This document shows, one piece after another, positions 46,534 through 53,810 of a DNA stretch of 54,146 nucleotides; positions within the stretch are counted from its first letter, which is position 1; each line of letters begins with the position of its first letter. The stretch comes from a virus. Taxonomy: Duplodnaviria > Caudoviricetes. The stretch spans positions 1 through 54,146 of IMG/VR virus record IMGVR_UViG_3300032242_001353; one strand, 5' to 3'. The notes beneath the pieces were generated by a model, which saw nothing but the letters and a program-made list of their open reading frames with translations, did no database searches and had not been told where the DNA came from. The position numbers were made by a program, and so were the translations under genes.

Positions 46534-46608
46534 TGGTCCGGCGCACAGGAATCGAACCCATATTCTAGAGGTAGAAGCTCTATGTATTATCCGTTATACG
46601 AACGCCAG
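46534..46608 (-). tRNA. tRNA-Arg(TCT)
   Basis: Cloverleaf, CT-TCT-AC loop, CCA. Confidence 0.92.
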
Positions 46609-46615
46609 TAAAACT

Positions 46616-46689
46616 TGGAGCGGAGTGTCAGAATCGAACTGACAACTAGAGCTTGGAAGGCTTTCGTTTTACCATTAAACTAACCCCGC
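46616..46689 (-). tRNA. tRNA-Gly(TCC)
   Basis: Cloverleaf, CT-TCC-AA loop, U73, CCA. Confidence 0.92.
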
Positions 46690-46695
46690 TTTGTT

Positions 46696-46769
46696 TGGTG
46701 CCCCTTGATGGAATCAAACCAACGATTGATGCTTACAAGGCAACTGTTATATCATTTAACTAAAGGGGC
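46696..46769 (-). tRNA. tRNA-Thr(TGT), with several non-canonical positions
   Basis: CT-TGT-AA loop, CCA; D-loop GA for GG, T-loop TTTGATT, T-T mismatches in two stems. Confidence 0.8.
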
Positions 46770-46777
46770 AAAATAAA

Positions 46778-46980
46778 ATGCTCTGACGGACCCCGGAGGT
46801 AATTATACCGCATCAGACTCGCTTTTTGGAACTCGTCATCACGCACGGCCTCCACCCTCTCCCCGACGGGTCCCGTTCTCGCATTGCCAGCGCACTTTCG
46901 GTTTAAAGTGTACCACCCGTGAGAGTCACCTCACTTCTCATCCTGCGGGTCACAGTATCCGCTAACAAAGCGGAACGGCT
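46778..46980 (-). ncRNA. unassigned ~200-nt structured RNA in the tRNA cluster
   Basis: GC-rich island between tRNA-Tyr and tRNA-Thr with multiple nested helices and no convincing ORF. Confidence 0.7.
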
Positions 46981-47064
46981 TGGTGGGTAACCAGGGAATC
47001 GAACCCCGTATGCCGAAGCGCCTGATTTACAGTCAGGTGTAGTCACCAATGCTACTCGTTACCC
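46981..47064 (-). tRNA. tRNA-Tyr(GTA)
   Basis: CT-GTA-AA loop, long variable arm, CCA. Confidence 0.92.
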
Positions 47065-47069
47065 TAAAA

Positions 47070-47161
47070 TGGCGGAGATAGTTGGATTCGAACCAACGGT
47101 ACTGTTTAACCAATACGACGGTTTAGCAAACCGCTGCCTTAAACCTCTCAGCCATATCTCC
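47070..47161 (-). tRNA. tRNA-Ser(GCT)
   Basis: TT-GCT-AA loop, long variable arm, G73, CCA. Confidence 0.93.
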
Positions 47162-47166
47162 ATGTT

Positions 47167-47241
47167 TGGCGGTCTCAAGGAGAATTGAACTCCTATCAAC
47201 GGCGTGACAAGCCGCTATACTAACCATTATACTATGAGACC
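47167..47241 (-). tRNA. tRNA-Asp(GTC)
   Basis: TT-GTC-AC loop, G73, CCA. Confidence 0.92.
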
Positions 47242-47247
47242 AAAATC

Positions 47248-47322
47248 TGGTACACCGTAGGAGAATCGAACTCCTCTTACTGCCGTGAAAGGGCAATGTC
47301 CTAACCGATAGACGAACGGTGC
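47248..47322 (-). tRNA. tRNA-Glu(TTC)
   Basis: CT-TTC-AC loop, CCA. Confidence 0.92.
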
Positions 47323-47323
47323 A

Positions 47324-47397
47324 TGGCAGGGGATATAAGAATCGAACTTATAACCTCGGAATCAAAATCCGGTGTGATACCACTTCACCAATCCCCA
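47324..47397 (-). tRNA. tRNA-Gln(TTG)
   Basis: TT-TTG-AT loop, CCA. Confidence 0.9.
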
Positions 47398-47408
47398 ACA
47401 AAGAGAAC

Positions 47409-47437
47409 ATTATATAGGACATTTAGCTCTTTGTCAA
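47409..47437 (-). promoter_or_regulatory. sigma70 promoter TTGACA-N17-TATAAT driving the tRNA cluster
   Basis: Perfect consensus 11 nt upstream of tRNA-Gln. Confidence 0.85.
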
Positions 47438-47443
47438 GCGGTT

Positions 47444-47461
47444 TGTTGTAAAAAAACAACA
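47444..47461. promoter_or_regulatory. palindromic site TGTTGT-N6-ACAACA
   Basis: Perfect inverted repeat 6 bp upstream of the -35. Confidence 0.65.
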
Positions 47462-47486
47462 CTTTTTTTGTTACTTATTTGACAAT

Positions 47487-48224
47487 TTATTTGAAACCGA
47501 ATGGACATTTAGATTGTTTTTCTAAAGTTTTTTTACTTACAACATAACTATTTCTAAATTTAGATATCCTTTTTTTACCACTTCTAACATACATTTCACG
47601 GTCATCAACCAAATGATGATGTAGTACAATTTTTTTCTCACTCATTGGTATGAATTGTAATAATGGCTGACCAGCTTCCATTATGAATTTCTGTTTTTCT
47701 TCTTTTCGTTTCAAGAAGAAGTTGAAATTTGTTCCAATTTGATATTTAAAATTTAACATACCTTGTGGAATTATTAATGAAGGATCATCAAAACACCACG
47801 TAATTCCTTGTGTCATCCAATGCAAATCTTCTTTACATTCAAATAACCAAGGACTTTCTAATTTCAGATGTTGAAAATGTGTTTCGGGTAAATAAGTACC
47901 ACGTTGGCCTGCTGTATGAATTTCAGCATTACTTTTACTGTCTGCATACTGCCACATAAATTCATTTGATCCTATTTCACCCAAATATAAAACTAAATCA
48001 GTCCATAAAGGTAACACTACACCTTTACGAAATAGGTCAATAAGTCCATAACAGGATTTCATCGAACCATAAGGATGAACTTGTGTTTCATCATACTTAG
48101 ATAAGTTTTTCCACCATTCAGGAATAAAATATCTAGTGTGATTTATTTTATTAAAAGTGTAAGCTTCTGAGTTAGAGGTAAAACAATCTAGGTGTATGAC
48201 ACCAGGACGTCTGAACCAATTCAT
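47487..48224 (-). CDS. conserved aquatic-phage hypothetical protein
   Basis: PEWWK.L, MKSC.G..D, LPLW.D, KL.SPW, AGQPL.Q.IP, KCPF. Confidence 0.75.
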   Translation of the reverse strand: MNWFRRPGVIHLDCFTSNSEAYTFNKINHTRYFIPEWWKNLSKYDETQVHPYGSMKSCYGLIDLFRKGVVLPLWTDLVLYLGEIGSNEFMWQYADSKSNAEIHTAGQRGTYLPETHFQHLKLESPWLFECKEDLHWMTQGITWCFDDPSLIIPQGMLNFKYQIGTNFNFFLKRKEEKQKFIMEAGQPLLQFIPMSEKKIVLHHHLVDDREMYVRSGKKRISKFRNSYVVSKKTLEKQSKCPFGFK

Positions 48225-48245
48225 AATATATTCCTCAAATACTAA

Positions 48246-48752
48246 TTAATATTTCCACTTAATGGTTTTCTTTTTGATGGGTAAAGCAGGGTTTCTAAAA
48301 TCTTTGAACACTTCCCATAATGCATTTTTTGTCACAAAATTATATAGTAGACCGGGTTCTATGCCGTAAGCATCTAGTTCCCAAGGATGTGACCAATAAT
48401 CAATCAAATTCGAATTAATCTTCTTGCCTTTCCATCGAGATAATTCTTCATCGGTTTCATTATAAACATACTGTTTTATGTGTACCATCTCATGTGCCAA
48501 GGTTGCAAATATTTCTCTGGCACCTATATGTGGATGTAATCCGATTAGAAACTCTCTGGCCTGTTTCTTTGAATTATACCCAACAGTTTGAGCATAACCT
48601 AGTGCATCCATTGTATCATGAAACTTAATCGTTGTCAAGCAATTGTTTCGGATTCGAGTATTTGGTATTAGAGATTTTGAATAAAAATCTACCGCATCCA
48701 TTATGTACGGTTTTAGATTTTTGTCGGGACAGTTGAGAATACGTAACTTCAT
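48246..48752 (-). CDS. HExxH zinc metallopeptidase-like protein
   Basis: TLAHEMVHIKQY...PWELDAY. Confidence 0.8.
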   Translation of the reverse strand: MKLRILNCPDKNLKPYIMDAVDFYSKSLIPNTRIRNNCLTTIKFHDTMDALGYAQTVGYNSKKQAREFLIGLHPHIGAREIFATLAHEMVHIKQYVYNETDEELSRWKGKKINSNLIDYWSHPWELDAYGIEPGLLYNFVTKNALWEVFKDFRNPALPIKKKTIKWKY

Positions 48753-48774
48753 GGTTACTCCTCGTTAGTCCCAT

Positions 48775-48782
48775 TATTTATA
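48775..48782 (-). promoter_or_regulatory. T4-type late promoter TATAAATA
   Basis: Perfect consensus 22 nt upstream of the peptidase start. Confidence 0.75.
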
Positions 48783-49142
48783 TTATCCAGCGTCCCTAAA
48801 CACCATCCTAATATCGATATTCTCCGGAGAAAAGAAATCGTCAATTACTTTTCTTACAGTTGCAGGTTCAAACGATTTGCAAGAAAAAACGTCCAGATAA
48901 AGGTCTCCATTTATGTCAAGAAAATGACCAACGATACTGGAGGTGGTAATTAATTGTATGACTGTCCATCCTGCCTTTTCTGTATTATCCGCAAAGTGAA
49001 CAACTTGTGGTTCTCCGTGCGGTATCATATCAATTTCTTTGACCAACTGTTTAACAAAATCTCTGATATAAACAGGATCTCTGGCTCGATTTATCTCACA
49101 AGCCTTTACATTAACGATTGCAGATTGTCCCCAATATTTCAT
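48783..49142 (-). CDS. speD: S-adenosylmethionine decarboxylase proenzyme
   Basis: WG, LV..IDM...G.P...HF, G.T..QLITTSSI.GH self-cleavage region, YLDVFSCK.F. Confidence 0.85.
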   Translation of the reverse strand: MKYWGQSAIVNVKACEINRARDPVYIRDFVKQLVKEIDMIPHGEPQVVHFADNTEKAGWTVIQLITTSSIVGHFLDINGDLYLDVFSCKSFEPATVRKVIDDFFSPENIDIRMVFRDAG

Positions 49143-49630
49143 GATTGTATCACTTCCACATTACAGTCTTTTAAGAATTCTAAACCACTACGACTCTTAT
49201 ATGATTCACCATAATAAACCGTTTTAATTCCAGCGGTGTAGATTTGTTTTGCACAATCTAAACATGGTGCATGAGTGAGAAACATCACTGCACCTTCTCC
49301 TGATTCTATACCTTTGGCCAACTTAGCAATAGCATTGGCCTCTGCATGTATCACTTCTGGTTTAGTTTTTAATTTATATCTTCTATTACCATCTTCATAT
49401 GGATACATTTTCCATAATTCATCTGGCATTAACCAACCACCAGAATCTATTGGCATAAACTCTTTAGTTTCACAGTCATTAGTCCAACCAGATGGCATTC
49501 CATTGTAACCAATAGATATGATTCTATCATCTTTTACAATAATGGCACCAACTTGTAATCGTTTTGCAGTTGATAATTGTGCGAACCTTTTGGCCACATC
49601 CATGTAGGCCTTAATGAATTTATATTTCAT
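49139..49630 (-). CDS. cd: dCMP deaminase
   Basis: RLQVGAIIV, SIGYNG, HAEANAI, PCLDC; start MKYKFIK. Confidence 0.93.
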   Translation of the reverse strand: MKYKFIKAYMDVAKRFAQLSTAKRLQVGAIIVKDDRIISIGYNGMPSGWTNDCETKEFMPIDSGGWLMPDELWKMYPYEDGNRRYKLKTKPEVIHAEANAIAKLAKGIESGEGAVMFLTHAPCLDCAKQIYTAGIKTVYYGESYKSRSGLEFLKDCNVEVIQS

Positions 49631-50406
49631 AGTTCTTGACTCTCTAAAGCTTTCCAAGTTTTCTTCATATCAGCACACGTATATTTTTGATATGAATGTT
49701 TTAAATTTTCAGGCATAGGAATTGTTTCTATTTTTGCATCATACAATGTTGCAACTTGATCTGCAACATCCATAAAACTTCTTGTTGCACCATTACCTAA
49801 ATTAAATATTCCACTAACATCCGTTTGCATAAACATTTTATGAAATGAAATTATCTGACTAACGTGAATGAAATCCCTCTTATACATTGCACTATTTTCA
49901 AATACTTTAATTACACCAGTTTCTTTGGCTTGTTTCTCAAACTGGCAATAAGGCGATGCTTGTGAACCTTTATGTTCTTCATTAGGGCCATACACATTAA
50001 AATACCTAAAGAGTTGCACTGTAGCAGTTTGTTTATGATCCATTACATACTTCTCAAACATATACTTACTCCATGAATATGGAGTTCTAGGATCAACAGG
50101 GTCATCTTCATTGAAACTTTGTTTTAATCCGTATATACTTGCAGAACTAGCGAATTGGAAGTTGACCTGATGATGCCTACAATCTTTATATAAGTCAACA
50201 CTAAAATCATAATTCTGCAACATGATTTTTTCAACATTAGTTTCTGTAGTAGAACTAATTGCACCTAGATGAATTACCCAATCGTATTTCTTGACTTTAG
50301 GATAAGCATCAACCCAATCAAAAGTATCCACATCATGTTCTCTTTCCAAAAAAGGAAGCATATTACTTCCAATAAATCCTTTATGGCCAGTCAATAATAT
50401 TTTCAT
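49627..50406 (-). CDS. hldD: ADP-L-glycero-D-manno-heptose 6-epimerase-like SDR
   Basis: TG..GFIGS, HLGAISSTTE, ASSAS.YG, Y.WSK, RYFNVYGP.E.HKG..AS, RDFIHV, YQ.YT.AD. Confidence 0.85.
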   Translation of the reverse strand: MKILLTGHKGFIGSNMLPFLEREHDVDTFDWVDAYPKVKKYDWVIHLGAISSTTETNVEKIMLQNYDFSVDLYKDCRHHQVNFQFASSASIYGLKQSFNEDDPVDPRTPYSWSKYMFEKYVMDHKQTATVQLFRYFNVYGPNEEHKGSQASPYCQFEKQAKETGVIKVFENSAMYKRDFIHVSQIISFHKMFMQTDVSGIFNLGNGATRSFMDVADQVATLYDAKIETIPMPENLKHSYQKYTCADMKKTWKALESQEL

Positions 50407-50759
50407 TTCTGAGAATCCCCAGGCATCACACGATAATTATCTTCAACTGAATCTGGTGTAGATACTTCTATTATTGTTCCTTCTTCATAACAAATTAACT
50501 GATGTGGCATAAGTGGTTCATTGTGCCATACATCTCCTTCTACAAGTTTTTTAGTTTTATAACTTGCATCTTTAGTGTCAATCCAACGAACTTCAAATTC
50601 ACCTTTCAACACATACCATGTTTCATCTTTGACTGCATGAAAGTGCATAGAGAATTTTGCACCTTTGTCGAAGTGCATAAACTTACCACAGTATTTGTCA
50701 TTCGTACACCAAATCTCCTCATGACCCCAACCTTTTTTAACCAATCCATCAAGTCGCAT
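50403..50759 (-). CDS. cupin, sugar-phosphate isomerase-like
   Basis: KGWG.E, YCGK, SMHFH..KDETW, PH, EVSTPD..EDNYR. Confidence 0.8.
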   Translation of the reverse strand: MRLDGLVKKGWGHEEIWCTNDKYCGKFMHFDKGAKFSMHFHAVKDETWYVLKGEFEVRWIDTKDASYKTKKLVEGDVWHNEPLMPHQLICYEEGTIIEVSTPDSVEDNYRVMPGDSQK

Positions 50760-51513
50760 TTATTTCCTCCAGTGTTGGTGCATATACACCTAAATGTTGT
50801 ACAGTAATCGATGCTGCACGATTAGCCCATAGTATAGATTGTTCAATATCTTCTGTCTGACAAAACATATAGGCCAATGCAGATAAGTGTGTATCACCTG
50901 CACCACATACATCAGATACATTTACTTTAGGTGTAGAATATATTTTATCTTTATATCTTGCACCGTCTTTACCTAAAGTAACAATCAGATTTCTAGCATT
51001 TTTATATTGCAACTTGCTATGTTCTAATTCATTAATCTTAATGTATATTTTACTTGGTGGATAAATCATATCTAAATGACTTAGATCCGTTTTTTTAGTG
51101 TCAACAAAAATAGGACCGTGATATATCGTTAATAGTTTATCGAATGTATCATTAGTAATAGAACCTTTATTGTAGTCAGAAATAACTACACAATCAAAAT
51201 TTTGTTCAAATAATTCTTCTGGTAAATCAATAGGTTCACTGATGAAATCTTCATCCATTCTCAACAATTGTTGGCCTGTTCTAATATCAATGAATCGTGT
51301 TTTAGTTGATTTAGATTGTCCATTAATCCATGTAACATTACACTCTAAGGCAAGTAGATTTTGAAAAACGTTACCTGACATACCAGGTTTAGATTCTTTG
51401 TTGGATAATTCGAAGATGGGGACTGGAGCTTCTGGACTAATTCTATTCACATGGCCATAAGCATAAACATCTATACAATCATCACCTAGTAATAATACGT
51501 TTAATTGTTTCAC
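50749..51513 (-). CDS. heptose-7-phosphate kinase (HldE domain I/HldA, PfkB family)
   Basis: GD..ID.Y..G.V.RISPEAPVP, KTR, ISDYNKG, VTLGKDG, DVCGAGDT. Confidence 0.9.
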   Translation of the reverse strand: MKQLNVLLLGDDCIDVYAYGHVNRISPEAPVPIFELSNKESKPGMSGNVFQNLLALECNVTWINGQSKSTKTRFIDIRTGQQLLRMDEDFISEPIDLPEELFEQNFDCVVISDYNKGSITNDTFDKLLTIYHGPIFVDTKKTDLSHLDMIYPPSKIYIKINELEHSKLQYKNARNLIVTLGKDGARYKDKIYSTPKVNVSDVCGAGDTHLSALAYMFCQTEDIEQSILWANRAASITVQHLGVYAPTLEEINAT

Positions 51514-51874
51514 TTGTCGAATAACCTTTCAACAGATTAAAGAATATAATTTCACGACATACTTCTTGACCTACTATGTCTTTACCTATGTAGTCACTTC
51601 CTTTAACCATAGCATCATGTTCTGATATTAATTTTATCAATTCTTCATCTGAATTAAAAACGAATACTTCATTTACTGGTTTTAAATTCATGAGAAGAAA
51701 CCACCTCTCATCAACAGAATTGATAGGTCTTGTTGGACCTTTTAGTGATTTAACTCTCTCATCACCATCAATAGCAACTGTCAACCAATCACCTTGCTTT
51801 CTAGCAAAGTTTAACATTTCTATATGACCACGATGTATTATATCAAACGTACCATTAACAAATATTTTTCTCAT
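51482..51874 (-). CDS. heptose-1-phosphate adenylyltransferase (HldE domain II/HldC)
   Basis: NGTFDIIHRGH, V..LKG..RPIN, VKGSDY, GYSTS..I. Confidence 0.9.
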   Translation of the reverse strand: MRKIFVNGTFDIIHRGHIEMLNFARKQGDWLTVAIDGDERVKSLKGPTRPINSVDERWFLLMNLKPVNEVFVFNSDEELIKLISEHDAMVKGSDYIGKDIVGQEVCREIIFFNLLKGYSTSETIKRIITR

Positions 51875-51878
51875 ATAA

Positions 51879-52085
51879 TCAATCTAAAGTCAACATACTC
51901 TTAACCATTTTATCTTTAATCATATCTGGTATAGAAAGATATGGCCATTCTAACCAAAATGGGCAAACGGTTTCCCATGAGTTATGTTCAACAAAATATT
52001 TGTATTGTTTAAGATGTTCTTTACTCTTAGGATTAAATGTTGTACGTCTTGCAAACATTTCCTGTGATAGTTTATTCAAAATCAT
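51879..52085 (-). CDS. conserved small hypothetical protein
   Basis: FNP..KEH...Y..F....W...CPF.LEWPY.SIP.MI. Confidence 0.75.
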   Translation of the reverse strand: MILNKLSQEMFARRTTFNPKSKEHLKQYKYFVEHNSWETVCPFWLEWPYLSIPDMIKDKMVKSMLTLD

Positions 52086-52276
52086 TTTACGGTCTCCAAA
52101 TTATCCTTACGCATATAGAACACTGGTTGTTTCTTATGCTTTTCTGGATATTGTTTAACAACGGGTACAAATTGTACACCATCAATGTCCTTGGAATCCC
52201 AATCAGACATAGTATAATAGGTATCCGTGTTTAAACGAGACCTAACTTGTTTAACGATAGATTGATTTTTTTTCAT
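52082..52276 (-). CDS. small hypothetical protein
   Basis: Start moved to MKKNQ, downstream of the promoter; K.IDGV.F..V. Confidence 0.7.
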   Translation of the reverse strand: MKKNQSIVKQVRSRLNTDTYYTMSDWDSKDIDGVQFVPVVKQYPEKHKKQPVFYMRKDNLETVK

Positions 52277-52285
52277 AGTGTCACC

Positions 52286-52314
52286 ATTATACATGTAGAA
52301 AGAGGGGTTGTCAA
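52286..52314 (-). promoter_or_regulatory. sigma70 promoter TTGACA-N17-TATAAT heading the heptose/cd/speD operon
   Basis: Perfect consensus. Confidence 0.85.
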
Positions 52315-52325
52315 GACCCCTCTTT
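52299..52325. terminator. intrinsic terminator-like hairpin after hsp20
   Basis: AAAGAGGGGT-N7-ACCCCTCTTT inverted repeat. Confidence 0.7.
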
Positions 52326-52330
52326 TATTA

Positions 52331-52399
52331 TTACCGTTCAGGATAATTTGAAAAATTTAACTGGTCCCATTCCTCATCGGATACAGGCCACCAATTCAT
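52331..52399 (-). CDS. 22-aa peptide coupled to hsp20
   Basis: MNWWPVSDEEWDQLNFSNYPER; ATGA overlap with the hsp20 stop; AAGGA upstream. Confidence 0.5.
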   Translation of the reverse strand: MNWWPVSDEEWDQLNFSNYPER

Positions 52400-52836
52400 T
52401 TTGTTTCCTTATCTTTGATAGCAATTTTTTTAATTGTTTCTTGTGTTTGGTATATGTTTTCTAACCAGACCTTTAACATACCATTTGCAATCTCAGCATC
52501 TTTAATCTCAATCTTATCATTAAGTGTAAAGGTACGTTGGAAAGCACGGTTAGCAATACCTTTCCAGAGGAAAGTTTCATCCTCGGCATCCTTAGATTCA
52601 CCTTTAATCACGAGATCATTACCACTTAAAGTGATTTCAATATCTTGTTTGGCAAAGCCAGCAACAGCCATCTCGATAACATATTTGTCATCAGAGACTT
52701 GTTTGATATTGTATGGAGGCCAGTTAGGTGCGTTTTTGGCCATGGTGGATGATGCCTCTTGCAGTTGTTTGAATACTTTGTCAAACCCAATTGCAAACGG
52801 ATCCAATGAGCGTAGTTGTGGAAATAGAGTTGTCAT
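52396..52836 (-). CDS. hsp20: small heat-shock protein (IbpA-like)
   Basis: GFD, PPYNI, IEMAVAGF, KGIANRAF.R.F.L, NGML.V.L. Confidence 0.95.
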   Translation of the reverse strand: MTTLFPQLRSLDPFAIGFDKVFKQLQEASSTMAKNAPNWPPYNIKQVSDDKYVIEMAVAGFAKQDIEITLSGNDLVIKGESKDAEDETFLWKGIANRAFQRTFTLNDKIEIKDAEIANGMLKVWLENIYQTQETIKKIAIKDKETK

Positions 52837-52990
52837 ATAATTCTCCTTGAATTAAGCGAGTTTAAGTTTTGTTACCCCGAAGGCGTAACGGTAAATACTG
52901 GTTACGGGTTCCAGTGACACCATATCGTTGTGCCCGATTTAATCACGCTCCTAAGGTAGAAGAGCCCTCCCATCCCGATGGGACTAGGAA
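52837..52990 (-). promoter_or_regulatory. structured 5' leader of hsp20 ending in a ROSE-like RNA thermometer
   Basis: Several hairpins; the last is CUCGCUU-AAUUC-AAGGAG, with UCGCU opposite the SD and a bulged G. Confidence 0.75.
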
Positions 52991-52997
52991 TATATCT

Positions 52998-53005
52998 TAT
53001 TTATA
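52998..53005 (-). promoter_or_regulatory. T4-type late promoter TATAAATA
   Basis: Perfect consensus just upstream of the hsp20 leader. Confidence 0.7.
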
Positions 53006-53013
53006 TATTTCTG

Positions 53014-53421
53014 TCAAGTTTTTTGGAATTTTTTACCAATGTTATATTTTGGTACCAGTTCCCATTCATCTTTTTCCTTGTGGGAAATAATCTTAATTTG
53101 GGAAAGGAATATAGGTGTTGGTACTTCTGTTTGTTGTGGTCGAACAACAGTTACCAGACCCCAATCTTGCAACAGGTTAATAATGGCATTCCTACGAGAA
53201 AGGTCATTCTCTGTAATATCTGTAGGTTTACCATCTAGTGCAAATAACTCCTTGAAGTGTACAATGTAATATTGTCCTCTCTTATGGAGTATGTGACAAG
53301 ATTGGAATAGGGTTCTGTCTTTCTTGGATGCAACACCGATTCTGGTCAGTGTTTCACGAACTTTTAAAAAGTCGTCCTGTTCGTTTAAAGTAACTTCTAC
53401 TAAATCTTTAATGTCAATCAT
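53014..53421 (-). CDS. regA: translational repressor RegA
   Basis: DDFLKVRETLTRIGVAS, QSCHILHK.G.YYIVHFKELF, W.L..KY.IG. Confidence 0.97.
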   Translation of the reverse strand: MIDIKDLVEVTLNEQDDFLKVRETLTRIGVASKKDRTLFQSCHILHKRGQYYIVHFKELFALDGKPTDITENDLSRRNAIINLLQDWGLVTVVRPQQTEVPTPIFLSQIKIISHKEKDEWELVPKYNIGKKFQKT

Positions 53422-53810
53422 GATTTCTTCACTCCGCCTCGATCTGTTTTTGTTTTTATATCAGCGATTTGTTCATCAGATAGAATACGCAAGGCCTCTT
53501 TAGCCTTAGCGTTAGAAAAACCAAAGTATTCTTTTACGCAATCAATATTCTTATCCACTTGCGACTTATTCCACGGTTGGAATTTCCGTTTAATAGGTCG
53601 TATGGTATTTAGAAGATACTGGTATTGCATATCTTTATCTAACTGAGAATGAAGGTTTATCTCATTCGCATACAGGACACAATCCAAGTGATTAGACAAG
53701 GCACGATTAACCAGAAATGGATTATAATCCTTCTGGTCTATATCGTCATTTATCACACATTTTTTAGTCTGTAGGATAGACGGAACGATTTCCTTGAATA
53801 AATCTGGCAT
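53418..53810 (-). CDS. gp62: clamp loader small subunit
   Basis: Y.PF.VNR.LS...D, Q..YL.N.I...KR, A..AL.IL; synteny 44-62-regA. Confidence 0.93.
   Translation of the reverse strand: MPDLFKEIVPSILQTKKCVINDDIDQKDYNPFLVNRALSNHLDCVLYANEINLHSQLDKDMQYQYLLNTIRPIKRKFQPWNKSQVDKNIDCVKEYFGFSNAKAKEALRILSDEQIADIKTKTDRGGVKKS

Noticed and set aside
46778-46980. tRNA-associated HDV-like (theta) ribozyme, hammerhead, tmRNA or RNase P as the identity of the 200-nt RNA
   Set aside because: No HDV L3/J4-2 consensus, CTGATG is not followed by the hammerhead core, no GGGGC...CCA tmRNA ends, no GAGGAAAGTCC
52869-53269. Plus-strand ORFs over the hsp20 leader and regA
   Set aside because: Explained by the structured RNA and the antisense of regA
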